Below are positions 1 to 9,335 of a DNA stretch of 64,000 nt, piece by piece. The stretch covers positions 29,665 to 93,664 of IMG/VR virus record IMGVR_UViG_3300037258_000279. The stretch is one strand, 5' to 3'. This DNA comes from a virus. The first letter of the stretch is position 1. Every line of letters starts with the position of its first letter. The notes below the pieces were generated by a model that saw only the letters and a program-made list of their open reading frames with translations, did not search any database and was not told the origin of the DNA. The position numbers and the translations under genes were made by a program.

Positions 1-27
1 CGCGCTCGCGGCGCGGGTGTCCCTCTG

Positions 28-306
28 ATGGGGGCGCTCCGGGTCAAGATCGTCGGCGCCAAGCACCACGAGGGCGCCGAGGCGCTGATCGGGACGCTGA
101 TGCCGGGAACGCCGATCACCCTGGTGCGCGAACCCACGAACCCTTACGACAAAAGCTGCGTTGCCGTGCATATCGATGGCAGCATGGCGGGCTATGTGCC
201 GCGTTACCGCAATCGCGACCTCGCCATCGCGCTGGACACCGGCCGCGACGTGACGGCGGAAGCCACGGAAATCCCGGGCGAAATTCTGGTCAACTGGAAG
301 GATTGA
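28..306 (+). CDS. HIRAN domain protein
   Basis: LVREPTNPYDKSCVAV...AGYVPR matches the HIRAN signature. Confidence 0.8.
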   Translation: MGALRVKIVGAKHHEGAEALIGTLMPGTPITLVREPTNPYDKSCVAVHIDGSMAGYVPRYRNRDLAIALDTGRDVTAEATEIPGEILVNWKD

Positions 307-713
307 AGATGACGACTCGAGTCGACGAATTACGGGCGGTTCTGACTTCCCGTGCAGCCGAAACCCAAGGCGACGTGACGGCAGCGCGCGGAAGACTAGC
401 GGAGGCCGAGCGGGAAGCGCTTGTCTCCATTGCGGCGCTCAATGCCCATGACGCGGCCGTGGCGGCGATGGGCAGCGGAACTATGCCGAGTACCCAGGCT
501 GGTGCTGCCCTGCCTGGCCGCGCACCGCGGCGCAGCATGCCGGACGAGATCGAAAAGACCTTGCGCGCCTCGCCGACGCCGATGACGGTGAGCGACCTCG
601 TCAAAGCGATCGATGGCTTGCGCGTCGCGCCGGCGACCGCGGCCCTGACCAAGTTGCACAGTGAGGGCAAGGCCGTGGAGCGCGACAGCCGCTGGACGGT
701 CCCGGCCGGCTGA
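303..713 (+). CDS. hypothetical protein, possible C-terminal winged HTH
   Basis: 4-nt overlap with the upstream gene; C-terminus PMTVSDLVKA...ALTKLHSEGKAVER...W is wHTH-like. Confidence 0.55.
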   Translation: MKMTTRVDELRAVLTSRAAETQGDVTAARGRLAEAEREALVSIAALNAHDAAVAAMGSGTMPSTQAGAALPGRAPRRSMPDEIEKTLRASPTPMTVSDLVKAIDGLRVAPATAALTKLHSEGKAVERDSRWTVPAG

Positions 714-717
714 TCCC

Positions 718-1191
718 ATGCCAGGAAGATACGCCCAGGAAACAACAGTCTCGTCGGAGCGGTCACGAGCGGAGATCGAAACCGTCCTGCGCAAGTATGG
801 TGCAGGCGGCTTTCTCTCCGGCTACGACGAGAATCGCGCGTTCATTGCCTTTAAGATGGCAGACCGGCAAGTCAAGTTCTTCATGGATCTTCCGTCGCCA
901 GCCGAAGCGCGTTTTACACACACGGCATCGAGGGGCAAACGCCGCAGTGCAGAAGATGTGCATCGAGGGTGGGAGCAAGCGTGCCGTCAGCAATGGCGCG
1001 CGCTGGCGCTCGTCATCAAAGCCAAGCTCGAGGCCGTGGCTGCCGGAATCACCATCTTCGAGGACGAATTCCTGGCACATATCGTTCTGCCCGATGGCAA
1101 GACGATAGCCGATCATGTGCGTCCTGCCCTCGTACGCGCATATGATTCGGGAAAAGTACCGCCGCTTTTGCCTAATTACAGTGACAAATGA
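718..1191 (+). CDS. hypothetical phage protein
   Basis: ATG at 718 (MPGRYAQETTVSSERSRAEIE...WRALALVIKAKLEAV...FEDEFLAHIV); tightly packed in the operon. Confidence 0.7.
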   Translation: MPGRYAQETTVSSERSRAEIETVLRKYGAGGFLSGYDENRAFIAFKMADRQVKFFMDLPSPAEARFTHTASRGKRRSAEDVHRGWEQACRQQWRALALVIKAKLEAVAAGITIFEDEFLAHIVLPDGKTIADHVRPALVRAYDSGKVPPLLPNYSDK

Positions 1192-1574
1192 CTAGGCAGC
1201 CCTACGTCGCGCCGACGGCACTGGCCAGCATCGATATCACCGCGCCACCGGTGGGATGGTGGATGGTGCGCCTGTCATCGCAGGGAGCCGAGGTGCCGGC
1301 GTGCTGCTTCTGGTGCGACTACGAACCTGGCGAGCCGGAAAACAAACTCGATCGAAAACCGTATCTGGTGGCGGCGATCGCCGGTACGGAGGTCGATCCG
1401 CTCGAGTTCCGGTATATCGGCCGACCGATCGCGCAAGAAGAATATGACAAGGCATTGCAACGCCTGCGCTGGCTGCAAGATCACCAGCCCGATCACCCGG
1501 CATGCAATCCCTACAAGCCGGTCGACGTCGCGAGCCTTCCCCTTCCAACTTTTCCAACGGACGCCGATCTATGA
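1188..1574 (+). CDS. hypothetical phage protein
   Basis: ATGA overlaps at both ends. Confidence 0.65.
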   Translation: MTRQPYVAPTALASIDITAPPVGWWMVRLSSQGAEVPACCFWCDYEPGEPENKLDRKPYLVAAIAGTEVDPLEFRYIGRPIAQEEYDKALQRLRWLQDHQPDHPACNPYKPVDVASLPLPTFPTDADL

Positions 1575-2395
1575 CCGAAGATAACCAACTCGTAACCGAC
1601 GAGACGCCCGGCATCGGCCACAATCAAGGTCCCGAGTTTCTTGAGGTGATCGACCTGCCGACACTCCTGGCGGACCTGCGCGAGGACCGCGCCCGCGGCG
1701 ATGATCTGGTCGCGACCTTCAACAAGGCGCTGATCGTCGATGGCCCGACCGCGACTAGCGCCACCCAGCTTGCCGCGCAGATCAAGGAACATGGCGAAAA
1801 GGTCGATGCTCGGCGCGTCGATCGCAAGAAACCCTTTCTCGAGCAGGAGCGCCTGATCGACGAGCAATACGGCTCGATCATCAAGCCGCTGGAAACCGCC
1901 TATGCGGCGTTGCGCAAGATGCTCAACACCTTCATCCAGCGCCAGGCGGCGGAAGCGGCAGCCGAGAAGGCCAGGGCGCTGGAAGAACAGCGCCAACGCC
2001 AGATCGATGCTGACCGTCTCCGCGAGGCGGCCGAGAAGGCAGCCGCCAACCCGGCCGGCGATACGGCGCGGCTTCAAGCGCTGAGAGCTCAAGAGGATGC
2101 CGACAGCGCCGCGCGGCGGGCCGAGGCGATCCGTCCGGAGCCCATCCGCAGCGATGCGGGTTCGGTCGGTAGCGTGCGTGTCAGGCAGTTCGAGATCACC
2201 GACCCCAAGGTCCTCCTTGCGGCGCTCTTCAAGACCGAGCGCGCGGCGTTGCTCGAAGCGATTGAGCCCATCGTCAAACGCAAACTGGATGGTTTTTCGT
2301 TCGAGAATATCGAGAAAAACCAGGGCGGCGCGCTTGATGGGTTGCCGGGCGTTCGCGCTTGGGTTGGTGCGCGCGCGGCGGTGCGCAGGCGTTAG
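1571..2395 (+). CDS. phage coiled-coil protein of the recombination module
   Basis: ATG at 1571; GIGHN motif, RVDRKKPF, long Ala/Glu/Arg-rich helix; upstream of RecT. Confidence 0.6.
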   Translation: MTEDNQLVTDETPGIGHNQGPEFLEVIDLPTLLADLREDRARGDDLVATFNKALIVDGPTATSATQLAAQIKEHGEKVDARRVDRKKPFLEQERLIDEQYGSIIKPLETAYAALRKMLNTFIQRQAAEAAAEKARALEEQRQRQIDADRLREAAEKAAANPAGDTARLQALRAQEDADSAARRAEAIRPEPIRSDAGSVGSVRVRQFEITDPKVLLAALFKTERAALLEAIEPIVKRKLDGFSFENIEKNQGGALDGLPGVRAWVGARAAVRRR

Positions 2396-2683
2396 ATGCT
2401 TGAATCGCGCGAAATCACCGTGGCCCAGGCATTGGAGCTTCACGCCGAAGCCGCCGAGAGCGGAATCTTGCTCTTGTGGACCGTCACCGACGGCACCAAG
2501 GACTATGGCGATCAGTATGTGGCTCGGCCGCATCAGATCAACAAAGAGCGCTTTGGCCCCGCGCATATTCATCTGATCGCCGATTCGCTTGAGAACCTGC
2601 GCCTAAAACTGCGCGCGTTGCATCTGGTTCGCCTCGATCGCCATGTCAAAGACGAGCCGATCATCGTCGAGGTCTGGCTATGA
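2396..2683 (+). CDS. hypothetical protein
   Basis: abuts the upstream stop; ends DEPIIVEVWL. Confidence 0.6.
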   Translation: MLESREITVAQALELHAEAAESGILLLWTVTDGTKDYGDQYVARPHQINKERFGPAHIHLIADSLENLRLKLRALHLVRLDRHVKDEPIIVEVWL

Positions 2684-2750
2684 ACGATTTGCCGGCGACG
2701 TCCTGTGTCTTCTGCATGCTTATCCGGTTGACATCCATGAGTGCTAAATC

Positions 2751-3287
2751 TTGATCGTCGCCGCGCACCGCTTCGATAACGCCAAGCGCCGCCGCTCGGA
2801 CGGTCATGCCCGCAATGCGATGCTCACGCCGGGCTATGTGCTTGAACCGATCCGGCTGTTACTTGGCGGTATTGGCCTCGATCCATGTACCGAACCGGAT
2901 AACCCGACCGGCGCGGATGAGTTTTACGCGCTTCCGCAGGACGGCGCGACGCTTCCGTGGTCGCAGCCGACCGTATTCTGTAATCCACCTTACGGCGAGG
3001 CGCGCAACCGCTGGGTAGACCGCTGTATTAGCGAGGGAAAATTGCGTGGCGTGGTACTTTTGATCCCATCGCATACCGAAACGAAGATATTCCAAGTAGC
3101 CCTTCGTGCTTGTCGCTCAGTTGTTTTTGTGAGCGCCCGTTTGCGGTTTGGCGTCTTGCGAGAAAATCGCCGACAAGAAGCGGCGTCACACGGATCGGCC
3201 ATCTTTGGCTTTGGTGTGGACGTTTCGCCGCTCGGCAATCTTGGCACACCGATGGTCGTCCCAATGAATGGTAGCGATGGGCGCTAA
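2751..3287 (+). CDS. phage DNA N6-adenine methyltransferase (Dam-like)
   Basis: TP..V...IGLDPC...DG...W...VFCNPPY catalytic motif; start uncertain. Confidence 0.85.
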   Translation: MIVAAHRFDNAKRRRSDGHARNAMLTPGYVLEPIRLLLGGIGLDPCTEPDNPTGADEFYALPQDGATLPWSQPTVFCNPPYGEARNRWVDRCISEGKLRGVVLLIPSHTETKIFQVALRACRSVVFVSARLRFGVLRENRRQEAASHGSAIFGFGVDVSPLGNLGTPMVVPMNGSDGR

Positions 3288-3353
3288 CCGGATAAGCATG
3301 ATCTTCTGTAATCACTGGCATCATATCGAACGCGGCAACTTTGCGAGGAAACC

Positions 3354-4835
3354 ATGAACGACACGGAAACCAACCAGAACCAGCAAGTCGCGGCCACATC
3401 GGAGCCGCGCGGCAACGCCATGGAGGCGTTCCGTGAACAACTTGTACGAGTCGAACAGCAATTCGCTAGCGTGCTTCCAAGCACGGTGTCGATGGCCAAG
3501 TTCAAGGCGGTCCTTATGTCGGCCGTCAACCAGAACCCGGACCTGATCTTTTGCGATCGCCGCTCATTTTGGAGCTCATCCGTCAAATGCGCCGCTGACG
3601 GCTTAGTGCCCGATGGCCGCGAGGCAGTCCTTCTACCATTCAAGTCGAGGGTCAAGCGCCGCGATCCGGTTACGGGCATCGACCGGGAAATTTGGGTCGA
3701 TCTCGTGACCTATATCCCCATGATCGCCGGCGTCCGAAAGCGCATGCGCAACAGCGGCGAGGTCAACTCGGCTGTTGCTGAAGTCGTCTTTCGTGGCGAC
3801 AAGTTCAAGTATCGTCTCGGTGACGACGCCTTCATCGAGCATGAGCCGCCGCCCTTGGATCAGGACCGCGGCGATGCCGTGGGTGCCTATGCCGTCATCC
3901 GGCTTTCCAACGGCGAAGTGATTCGCGAGGTCATGTCGTTCAAGGAGATCGAGCGTATCCGCCTGTCGAGCAAAGCCAAGGACGGCCCCGCGTGGAAGAA
4001 CCATTGGGGCGAGATGGCGCGCAAGACCGTGATGAAGCGCGCGTCGAAGTCGGCGCCGATGTCCGCAGACCTTAACCGCCTGATGAGCCGCGAAGACGAG
4101 CCTGCGGAGATCCCGGACGACGCTCCGCATACGGTCGGCGATCAAGACGAGACAAGGATGCTGGCGACCGGCAATGGCGAGCCTATCCCGAACGACGATC
4201 GGCCGGTCTACGAGGTGACGTCATGCGACGGCGAGGTGATCGGGTTCCGCACGATCAAGACGGCCGAGGATGCCCTCGTCATCGTGGCTGAAGAAGCCGG
4301 GCGCCAGGGGATCGACATCCTGCGCGGCATGCTCGAGAGCAATCAAGCCGTGATCGCCCAGATCCACGCCACGGACGCCGGCGCCGCGAACCGCATCGCT
4401 GCCGCATTCAACGAGCAGCGTGTCCGCATCGAAGGCACGGCCCAGGCGCAGAAAACCGACGCACCGCAACAGCAGGAAAGCCGCTCAGCATCGGCGGCGC
4501 CGGTCCAGCAGGCCACCGTGGCGCAGTCCGAACAGACGCGCGGCACGCCCCCGCCGGCCGGCACGGCGGCGGAGAGCGTGTCCTGGTTCGACAACACGCA
4601 GCAGGGTGATTTGCTACTCGGGGTTCCCCAGCGCGGCGGCAAGCCCGACTACCGCTCGTGGATGGTGGCGCTGTTCATGCCGCGGCTGAGACAAGCCGTC
4701 ACGGCCGATCACATCACCTATCTGATGGGCGACAACGAGAAGAACTTGTCGGACTGGCGCATGCAGGCGACGGAGCAGCAACGTCGCGAATTCGACGATC
4801 TCCTGCTGATCGAGCAGCGCCGCGTCAAAAGATAA
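3354..4835 (+). CDS. recT: RecT-family single-strand annealing recombinase with long C-terminal extension
   Basis: CAADGLVPDGREAVLLPF, VVFRGDKF, VGAYAV, GPAWKNHWGEMARKTVMKRASK motifs. Confidence 0.9.
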   Translation: MNDTETNQNQQVAATSEPRGNAMEAFREQLVRVEQQFASVLPSTVSMAKFKAVLMSAVNQNPDLIFCDRRSFWSSSVKCAADGLVPDGREAVLLPFKSRVKRRDPVTGIDREIWVDLVTYIPMIAGVRKRMRNSGEVNSAVAEVVFRGDKFKYRLGDDAFIEHEPPPLDQDRGDAVGAYAVIRLSNGEVIREVMSFKEIERIRLSSKAKDGPAWKNHWGEMARKTVMKRASKSAPMSADLNRLMSREDEPAEIPDDAPHTVGDQDETRMLATGNGEPIPNDDRPVYEVTSCDGEVIGFRTIKTAEDALVIVAEEAGRQGIDILRGMLESNQAVIAQIHATDAGAANRIAAAFNEQRVRIEGTAQAQKTDAPQQQESRSASAAPVQQATVAQSEQTRGTPPPAGTAAESVSWFDNTQQGDLLLGVPQRGGKPDYRSWMVALFMPRLRQAVTADHITYLMGDNEKNLSDWRMQATEQQRREFDDLLLIEQRRVKR

Positions 4836-4882
4836 GATGATCCCACGCGTCGAGCCCTGCCAGCGTTACTGAAAGGGAAGAA

Positions 4883-5230
4883 GTGATGGCTGATGTACCG
4901 GAGGCGCTGCGAGACGCGGTGCGGGAAGCGTTAGACGCCGCGCTCGTTGAGGAAGGCGACGTAAAAGCCTGTGTCGAAATAGGTTGGAACGCCGCGCTCA
5001 ACGCGATGGCGGCTTGGAATCTAAGTCAGGCAGCCCCGCTCTCCGCACGCAAAAAAAAACCGCTAGCCCCGCCGAGCGCTGCGGAGCGCCTGCGTATATA
5101 CGCGGAAAAATTCGGGCTTCGGGACACTTTGCATATGGCTAAGATCGTCAGTGGGGACGCTCTTTTCGTAGAGTTTTCGCCCATTCTCCGTAAGCAGTTG
5201 AGGCTCATGAAGGTAAAGCCAAAACATTAG
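4883..5230 (+). CDS. hypothetical protein
   Basis: ORF with purine-rich RBS, continuing the + strand operon. Confidence 0.5.
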   Translation: MMADVPEALRDAVREALDAALVEEGDVKACVEIGWNAALNAMAAWNLSQAAPLSARKKKPLAPPSAAERLRIYAEKFGLRDTLHMAKIVSGDALFVEFSPILRKQLRLMKVKPKH

Positions 5231-5461
5231 TGCCGCTTCCTCATCGCTAGTCTTGTCGCCAATGCCTTCCAGCGCCACCAGGCAGCTACGACTTTGGCAC
5301 TGCTGTGCGGCCCACGTCTTATGCATGAGGATAGATTCTTTAGCTACGCAACGAGCGCCGCGCCACTCGGGGGATGGATAGCCGGGCTACTGATCACGTC
5401 AGGATATGAAGACGGATTTTCCTTTGCCCTCGACAATGACTGCTCTCGAAAGGACTGAACG

Positions 5462-5701
5462 ATGCCTCTTGATGATACGATTGGACTGCTCGACCCCAAG
5501 GTGAAGCCCGAAGTTTTCAGCGTCGAAGGGCTGCGAGATTGGCCGCAGACAATGCCGCCAAATGATTATTACGATTTCCTCGACCCCCAAGGCAAATGTC
5601 TATTCGGGCTTTTTTACGTCGAGCACGCCTGGACTTTCGGCGCTGCCCTTGCTCGTTGCGAGGCATATCTCTCGACTACCAGCGGCGACGGAAGGGATTG
5701 A
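5462..5701 (+). CDS. hypothetical protein
   Basis: AAGGA RBS; protein-like composition. Confidence 0.5.
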   Translation: MPLDDTIGLLDPKVKPEVFSVEGLRDWPQTMPPNDYYDFLDPQGKCLFGLFYVEHAWTFGAALARCEAYLSTTSGDGRD

Positions 5702-5809
5702 ATGACCACCCTTCGCTTCCTCGCTCGTCTCGTCTTGTCGCCGGTTCTGGTGTGGCCATGGCTCAAGGGCGTGGCGCGCGACTACAGGCTCGATCCGCAT
5801 GGGTGAAAC

Positions 5810-5836
5810 AAAAAGGCCGCCCCGAAGGACGGCCTG
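5810..5836 (-). terminator. intrinsic terminator at the convergence of the two gene blocks
   Basis: - strand AGGCCGTCC-TTCG-GGGCGGCCT-TTTT, a cUUCGg hairpin plus U tract. Confidence 0.8.
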
Positions 5837-5868
5837 AGTTTGCGCGCCAGAGGTCAATCAGGCGCGGG

Positions 5869-6756
5869 TTACGCTAGAACGGCTCTTGCTCGATCCAGAT
5901 TTTCCGACGCCGCCATCGTCACGGCCGCAGTTTGAATAGCGGCAATGTTCTCAGCGCTCGCATCATCGAAGTCAGAATCAACGCCAGGCGGCAACGTGAT
6001 GGTGACGCGCTCGACCGCGGCGTTCGGCGACTCGGACGCCAGGCGCTCGACCGGGCTGACCTGGAACGCCATCATTGCCGATACGATGTTCGGCAGTACG
6101 CCGATGAACCCATCATCTCTCAGTGAAATCGGCTTGGTGCGCTGGCCGGTCCCGAGGGATAACACCGCCAATTCGTCGCCGGGCCAAAGATGCCGAGCGT
6201 CAAGGATCGCGGCCAGCGTCGGGTTGTTAAGGCCCATGCCGCCGTCCCAACAGTCAAACTGCTCGCCGGCGGCGCTCTTAATGGAGGCGTGGGGGAAGTA
6301 GGTCGGCGCCGCGCTGGTGGCTCGCGCCACGTCCTTTAGGGCGAAGTCGTGGGACGGCTTGGCCTTCGCGACCCAGGACTTAAAGAACATGACCGATACG
6401 GTGCCCAAGACGCACGTTGGCACGAGCAAGTTGGTACTGGCGCTGCTCAGCATGGCATCGCCGAAAGTCTGCGCCAGGAACGCTTCCAGAGGTTCGGCGC
6501 TGTAGCGCGCATCGAAGGGGCGCAGCACGTCGCGCTGTAGGCTCTTGGCGAAGATCGTGCCCCCGTCCTGCACCAGCATGTTCTCGATCGCGGCGGCCGC
6601 TACCCCATGGGCGAGCCCGCACGCGATGATGCCGCCGATCGAGGTGCCGGACACCAAATCCCAATCGACGGGACCGAGCGCAGCCAAAAAATGCGCCGGC
6701 AGGATGCCGAAGATCCCGCCACCATCGATCGAGAGAATCCGGCGCTTCATCTTCAA
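5869..6756 (-). CDS. patatin-like phospholipase
   Basis: RILSIDGGG oxyanion motif, GTSIG nucleophile, ATSAAPTYF, DGG catalytic Asp, VLSLGTG. Confidence 0.9.
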   Translation of the reverse strand: MKMKRRILSIDGGGIFGILPAHFLAALGPVDWDLVSGTSIGGIIACGLAHGVAAAAIENMLVQDGGTIFAKSLQRDVLRPFDARYSAEPLEAFLAQTFGDAMLSSASTNLLVPTCVLGTVSVMFFKSWVAKAKPSHDFALKDVARATSAAPTYFPHASIKSAAGEQFDCWDGGMGLNNPTLAAILDARHLWPGDELAVLSLGTGQRTKPISLRDDGFIGVLPNIVSAMMAFQVSPVERLASESPNAAVERVTITLPPGVDSDFDDASAENIAAIQTAAVTMAASENLDRARAVLA

Positions 6757-6775
6757 GCTTCCGGTCGTCTTAAAC

Positions 6776-7324
6776 TCACGGAATCTTTGCCAGCGCGCTC
6801 ATCAGCGATGTCAGGTCGGCGACCGTCCGAACCTGATCCATCTGCACGTCGGCGATCAGCGGTCCGCATCCGTTGGCGAAAGTGGTACGCATCGCTGGCG
6901 TGATTACGCCGGCTTTGATCGTATCCGCCGCGTTGAGCGCGGCCTTGGCGATCAAGCGGGCCTCTTCGGCCTTATAGGCGAGCCCCGGTGTCACGCCGGC
7001 GGGAAGAGTCGGCTGGACGATGATCGGTGTCGGAATGATCGGCGTGAACGAACTGACGATCGAATAGAGCGCCGCCGAGCAGTTATAAGACTGAGTGTCC
7101 TTATTCGCTGTCGCCAGCGCTTCCGTGGCGAGCAAGTCGGACGAAGAATATCCGACCAAGCCAGTGCCAGCCGAGCCTGGCGTTGCGGCAACGGCGGCCG
7201 TTGTCGTGGTGACGCCGTTCACGGTGGTGGTACTGGCCGGGGTGCCGGCTGTTGGCAGTGTCGCTGGCGTGCCGCAAGCGGCGAGCACAAGCAACACGAT
7301 GAGCGCGGGGTAACGGTGTTTCAC
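6776..7324 (-). CDS. lipoprotein (possible o-spanin or other lysis accessory)
   Basis: MKHRYPALIVLLVLAAC lipobox; Thr/Ala-rich linker; lysis neighbourhood. Confidence 0.65.
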   Translation of the reverse strand: MKHRYPALIVLLVLAACGTPATLPTAGTPASTTTVNGVTTTTAAVAATPGSAGTGLVGYSSSDLLATEALATANKDTQSYNCSAALYSIVSSFTPIIPTPIIVQPTLPAGVTPGLAYKAEEARLIAKAALNAADTIKAGVITPAMRTTFANGCGPLIADVQMDQVRTVADLTSLMSALAKIP

Positions 7325-7347
7325 GTGTGCCTCCTTTTATGCCGAAT

Positions 7348-7557
7348 TTATGCCGCGCTGGCCGCGACGTCGTCGTACAGCTTCTCGCCGTCGGCAACGT
7401 CTTTTTCGACCACGGCGATGTCGTCCGCCGTGACGACCGGCATCTGCCCGGCCTTGAGCGACGCGACCCACGCCTTGATGATCGGAACGGACTTGGCGAA
7501 ATCGGGAATATCACCCGATGCGTCGCCGGCGAATTTGATGAGTTGTGCAGCGTTCAC
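7348..7557 (-). CDS. hypothetical protein
   Basis: AAGGAG RBS with GTG start. Confidence 0.6.
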   Translation of the reverse strand: MNAAQLIKFAGDASGDIPDFAKSVPIIKAWVASLKAGQMPVVTADDIAVVEKDVADGEKLYDDVAASAA

Positions 7558-7601
7558 GGCTTGCTCCTTGACTGTCTTATTGGAATTGAGACAAGTAAAT
7601 C

Positions 7602-8051
7602 CTATACCATAGGTGGTGCTGGCACGCCCCCGTTTTTGTTCAATTCAATCACTTGCGCGAGCGCGGCAGTATGGACGTCGTCCGGCACCGCAGCGATTGC
7701 CGCGTGGGTCAGTTGATCGGGAGCGACGCCAGCGCGCTCAGCGGCTACGGCAACACGGGTGGCGGCAGCCCCTTCGTTCTTGACCTCAACGACCTGCTGT
7801 TCAGTCTTCTGTGCGGCCCAGCGCTGCATCAGACGCGACAGCACGACGCCCGCGATTCCGAATGCACCGATCGCTGCTGGTTCGGCAGCCCAATGCCACG
7901 CATTTAGGGTTGTCGCGTTGACCCCGAGGTGCGTTAGCGCGCTGAAGGCACCGCCCCACATAATGCGTGTGAGTTGCAGAATGATCGTTTCGCGATGATC
8001 GGCCGCCAGCTTCGTCAGCTTGCGCGCCCCAGACAACATGATCGCTTTCAT
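7602..8051 (-). CDS. membrane protein, holin-like
   Basis: probable ATG at 8051 (MKAIML); two hydrophobic segments; lysis context. Confidence 0.5.
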   Translation of the reverse strand: MKAIMLSGARKLTKLAADHRETIILQLTRIMWGGAFSALTHLGVNATTLNAWHWAAEPAAIGAFGIAGVVLSRLMQRWAAQKTEQQVVEVKNEGAAATRVAVAAERAGVAPDQLTHAAIAAVPDDVHTAALAQVIELNKNGGVPAPPMV

Positions 8052-8283
8052 GCGGTCAGCCCGGCGTGTCGCGTGCCGAGATTCGGAATCGCCATCGGAT
8101 CCGACTGCGCCAACCCCAATCCCCCAGCGGAAAGACGAGCCGGTTAGCCTGGAAGGTTCCCCACCCAACCTCCCCGGCTCAAGTTTAGGGAGGAAACGCC
8201 TAGAAGACGTACAGCATGATCATCGGGCGACGACCAAGCCGCGAACAATTTATACCGGATTTTGCGGTCGCTTGCTAGCGTGA

Positions 8284-8829
8284 TTAGCGCTCGAGCTCGG
8301 CCGACCAGTAAAGCCAATCGCCGAACGATTCTTTGACGTCATTCGGCAGCAGCTCGAGCCCGGCCCGCAGCAACTCGCTGTGGGTCGGCTGCCGCGGGAG
8401 CGATAGCGGCTTCATCAAGTCGCCGTCCCTCTTCGCCAGATTGCATGGCGAGCACGACGTCAGGATGTTGTCCCAGGTCGTCTTGCCACCCCTGGCGCGC
8501 GGGTTAAGGTGATCGAACGTCAGATCCTGGCGCTCGAACCGCTCGCCGCAATATTGGCACCGGTAGCGATCGCGCAGATAGACCGACGCGCGGCAGAACT
8601 TCGGCTTGCCATGCACCGGCGCGAACTCGCGCAGCATCACGACCTTCGGCACAGTGATCGTGGTCGACGGCGAGCGCAGTGCTTCCGGTCATTCGTCGAT
8701 CGCGACGACGCGGTCCATGTAGATGGCGTGTACGGCGTCCTCGGCCGACCAGATGCTCAAGGGCCAGGTCGAGAGAGGTCTGGCGTCCGAATTGAGGACG
8801 AGACAGCGTCTTTGTAGGCCGGCGTTCAT
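8284..8829 (-). pseudogene. HNH endonuclease interrupted by one in-frame TGA (8689-8691)
   Basis: ORFs 8689..8916 and 8284..8652 share a frame: LVLNSDARPLS...IDE*PEALRSPS...RDRYRCQYCG...LTFDHLNPRARGGKTTWDNILTSCSPCN. Confidence 0.8.
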
Positions 8830-8855
8830 GTCGAAGGCGTCCTTGGTGATGATGA

Positions 8856-8930
8856 TGGAGCCGGCGGAGGGAATCGAACCCGTCGTTGGGACGTTACGAA
8901 TGTCCTGTCCTGCCACTGAACGACGCCGGC
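8856..8930 (-). tRNA. tRNA-Thr(CGT)
   Basis: cloverleaf, loop TT-CGT-AA, encoded CCA. Confidence 0.85.
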
Positions 8931-8935
8931 GATGG

Positions 8936-9009
8936 TGGTGGGCCTGCTCGGAATTGAACCGAGATCAACGCCTTAAAAGGGCGCAGCTTGACCTTCCAGC
9001 TACAGACCC
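8936..9009 (-). tRNA. tRNA-Lys(TTT)
   Basis: loop CT-TTT-AA, CCA. Confidence 0.85.
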
Positions 9010-9013
9010 GAAT

Positions 9014-9090
9014 TGGTGCGTCGCCTCGGATTCGAACCGAGACTTGCCGGGATTTGAAGCCGGTGCTTCTGCCAATTGAGCGAGCGACGC
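9014..9090 (-). tRNA. tRNA-Leu(CAA), short variable arm
   Basis: CCGGC-TTCAAAT-CCCGG with C31.C39 mismatch, A73, CCA. Confidence 0.7.
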
Positions 9091-9094
9091 GAAA

Positions 9095-9169
9095 TGGTGG
9101 TCCCGCAAGGAATCGAACCTTGATCCCGAGATTCGGATTCTCGGATGCTATCCGTTGCACTACGGAACC
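9095..9169 (-). tRNA. tRNA-Arg(CCG)
   Basis: loop AT-CCG-AA, CCA. Confidence 0.85.
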
Positions 9170-9246
9170 GGCACCGGTGACAGGAGTCGAACCTGCATCG
9201 TCCAGTTATGCACCGACCGCTTAGAAGGCGAGGCCAATACACCGGC
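9170..9246 (-). tRNA. atypical tRNA-Arg(TCT)-like gene, no D arm, long variable arm
   Basis: acceptor GCCGGTG/CACCGGT, T arm GCAGG-TTCGACT-CCTGT, CGC-CTTCTAA-GCG; ends GCC with no full CCA. Confidence 0.6.
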
Positions 9247-9254
9247 AAAAAGTC

Positions 9255-9331
9255 TGGCGCACCCGGAGGGATTCGAACCCCCAACCTCTCGATCCGTAGT
9301 CGAGCGCTCGGTCCAGTCGAGCTGCGGGTGC
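9255..9331 (-). tRNA. tRNA-Arg(ACG)
   Basis: loop CT-ACG-GA, CCA. Confidence 0.9.
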
Positions 9332-9335
9332 AATC

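Noticed and set aside
5869-6756. CBASS operon
   Set aside because: No CD-NTase or other Cap genes nearby.
9014-9090. Opal suppressor or Sec tRNA (CT-TCA-AA register) that could read the HNH TGA
   Set aside because: In the UCA register only two stem pairs form. The CAA register gives four Watson-Crick pairs, and there is no long arm or Sec-type fold.
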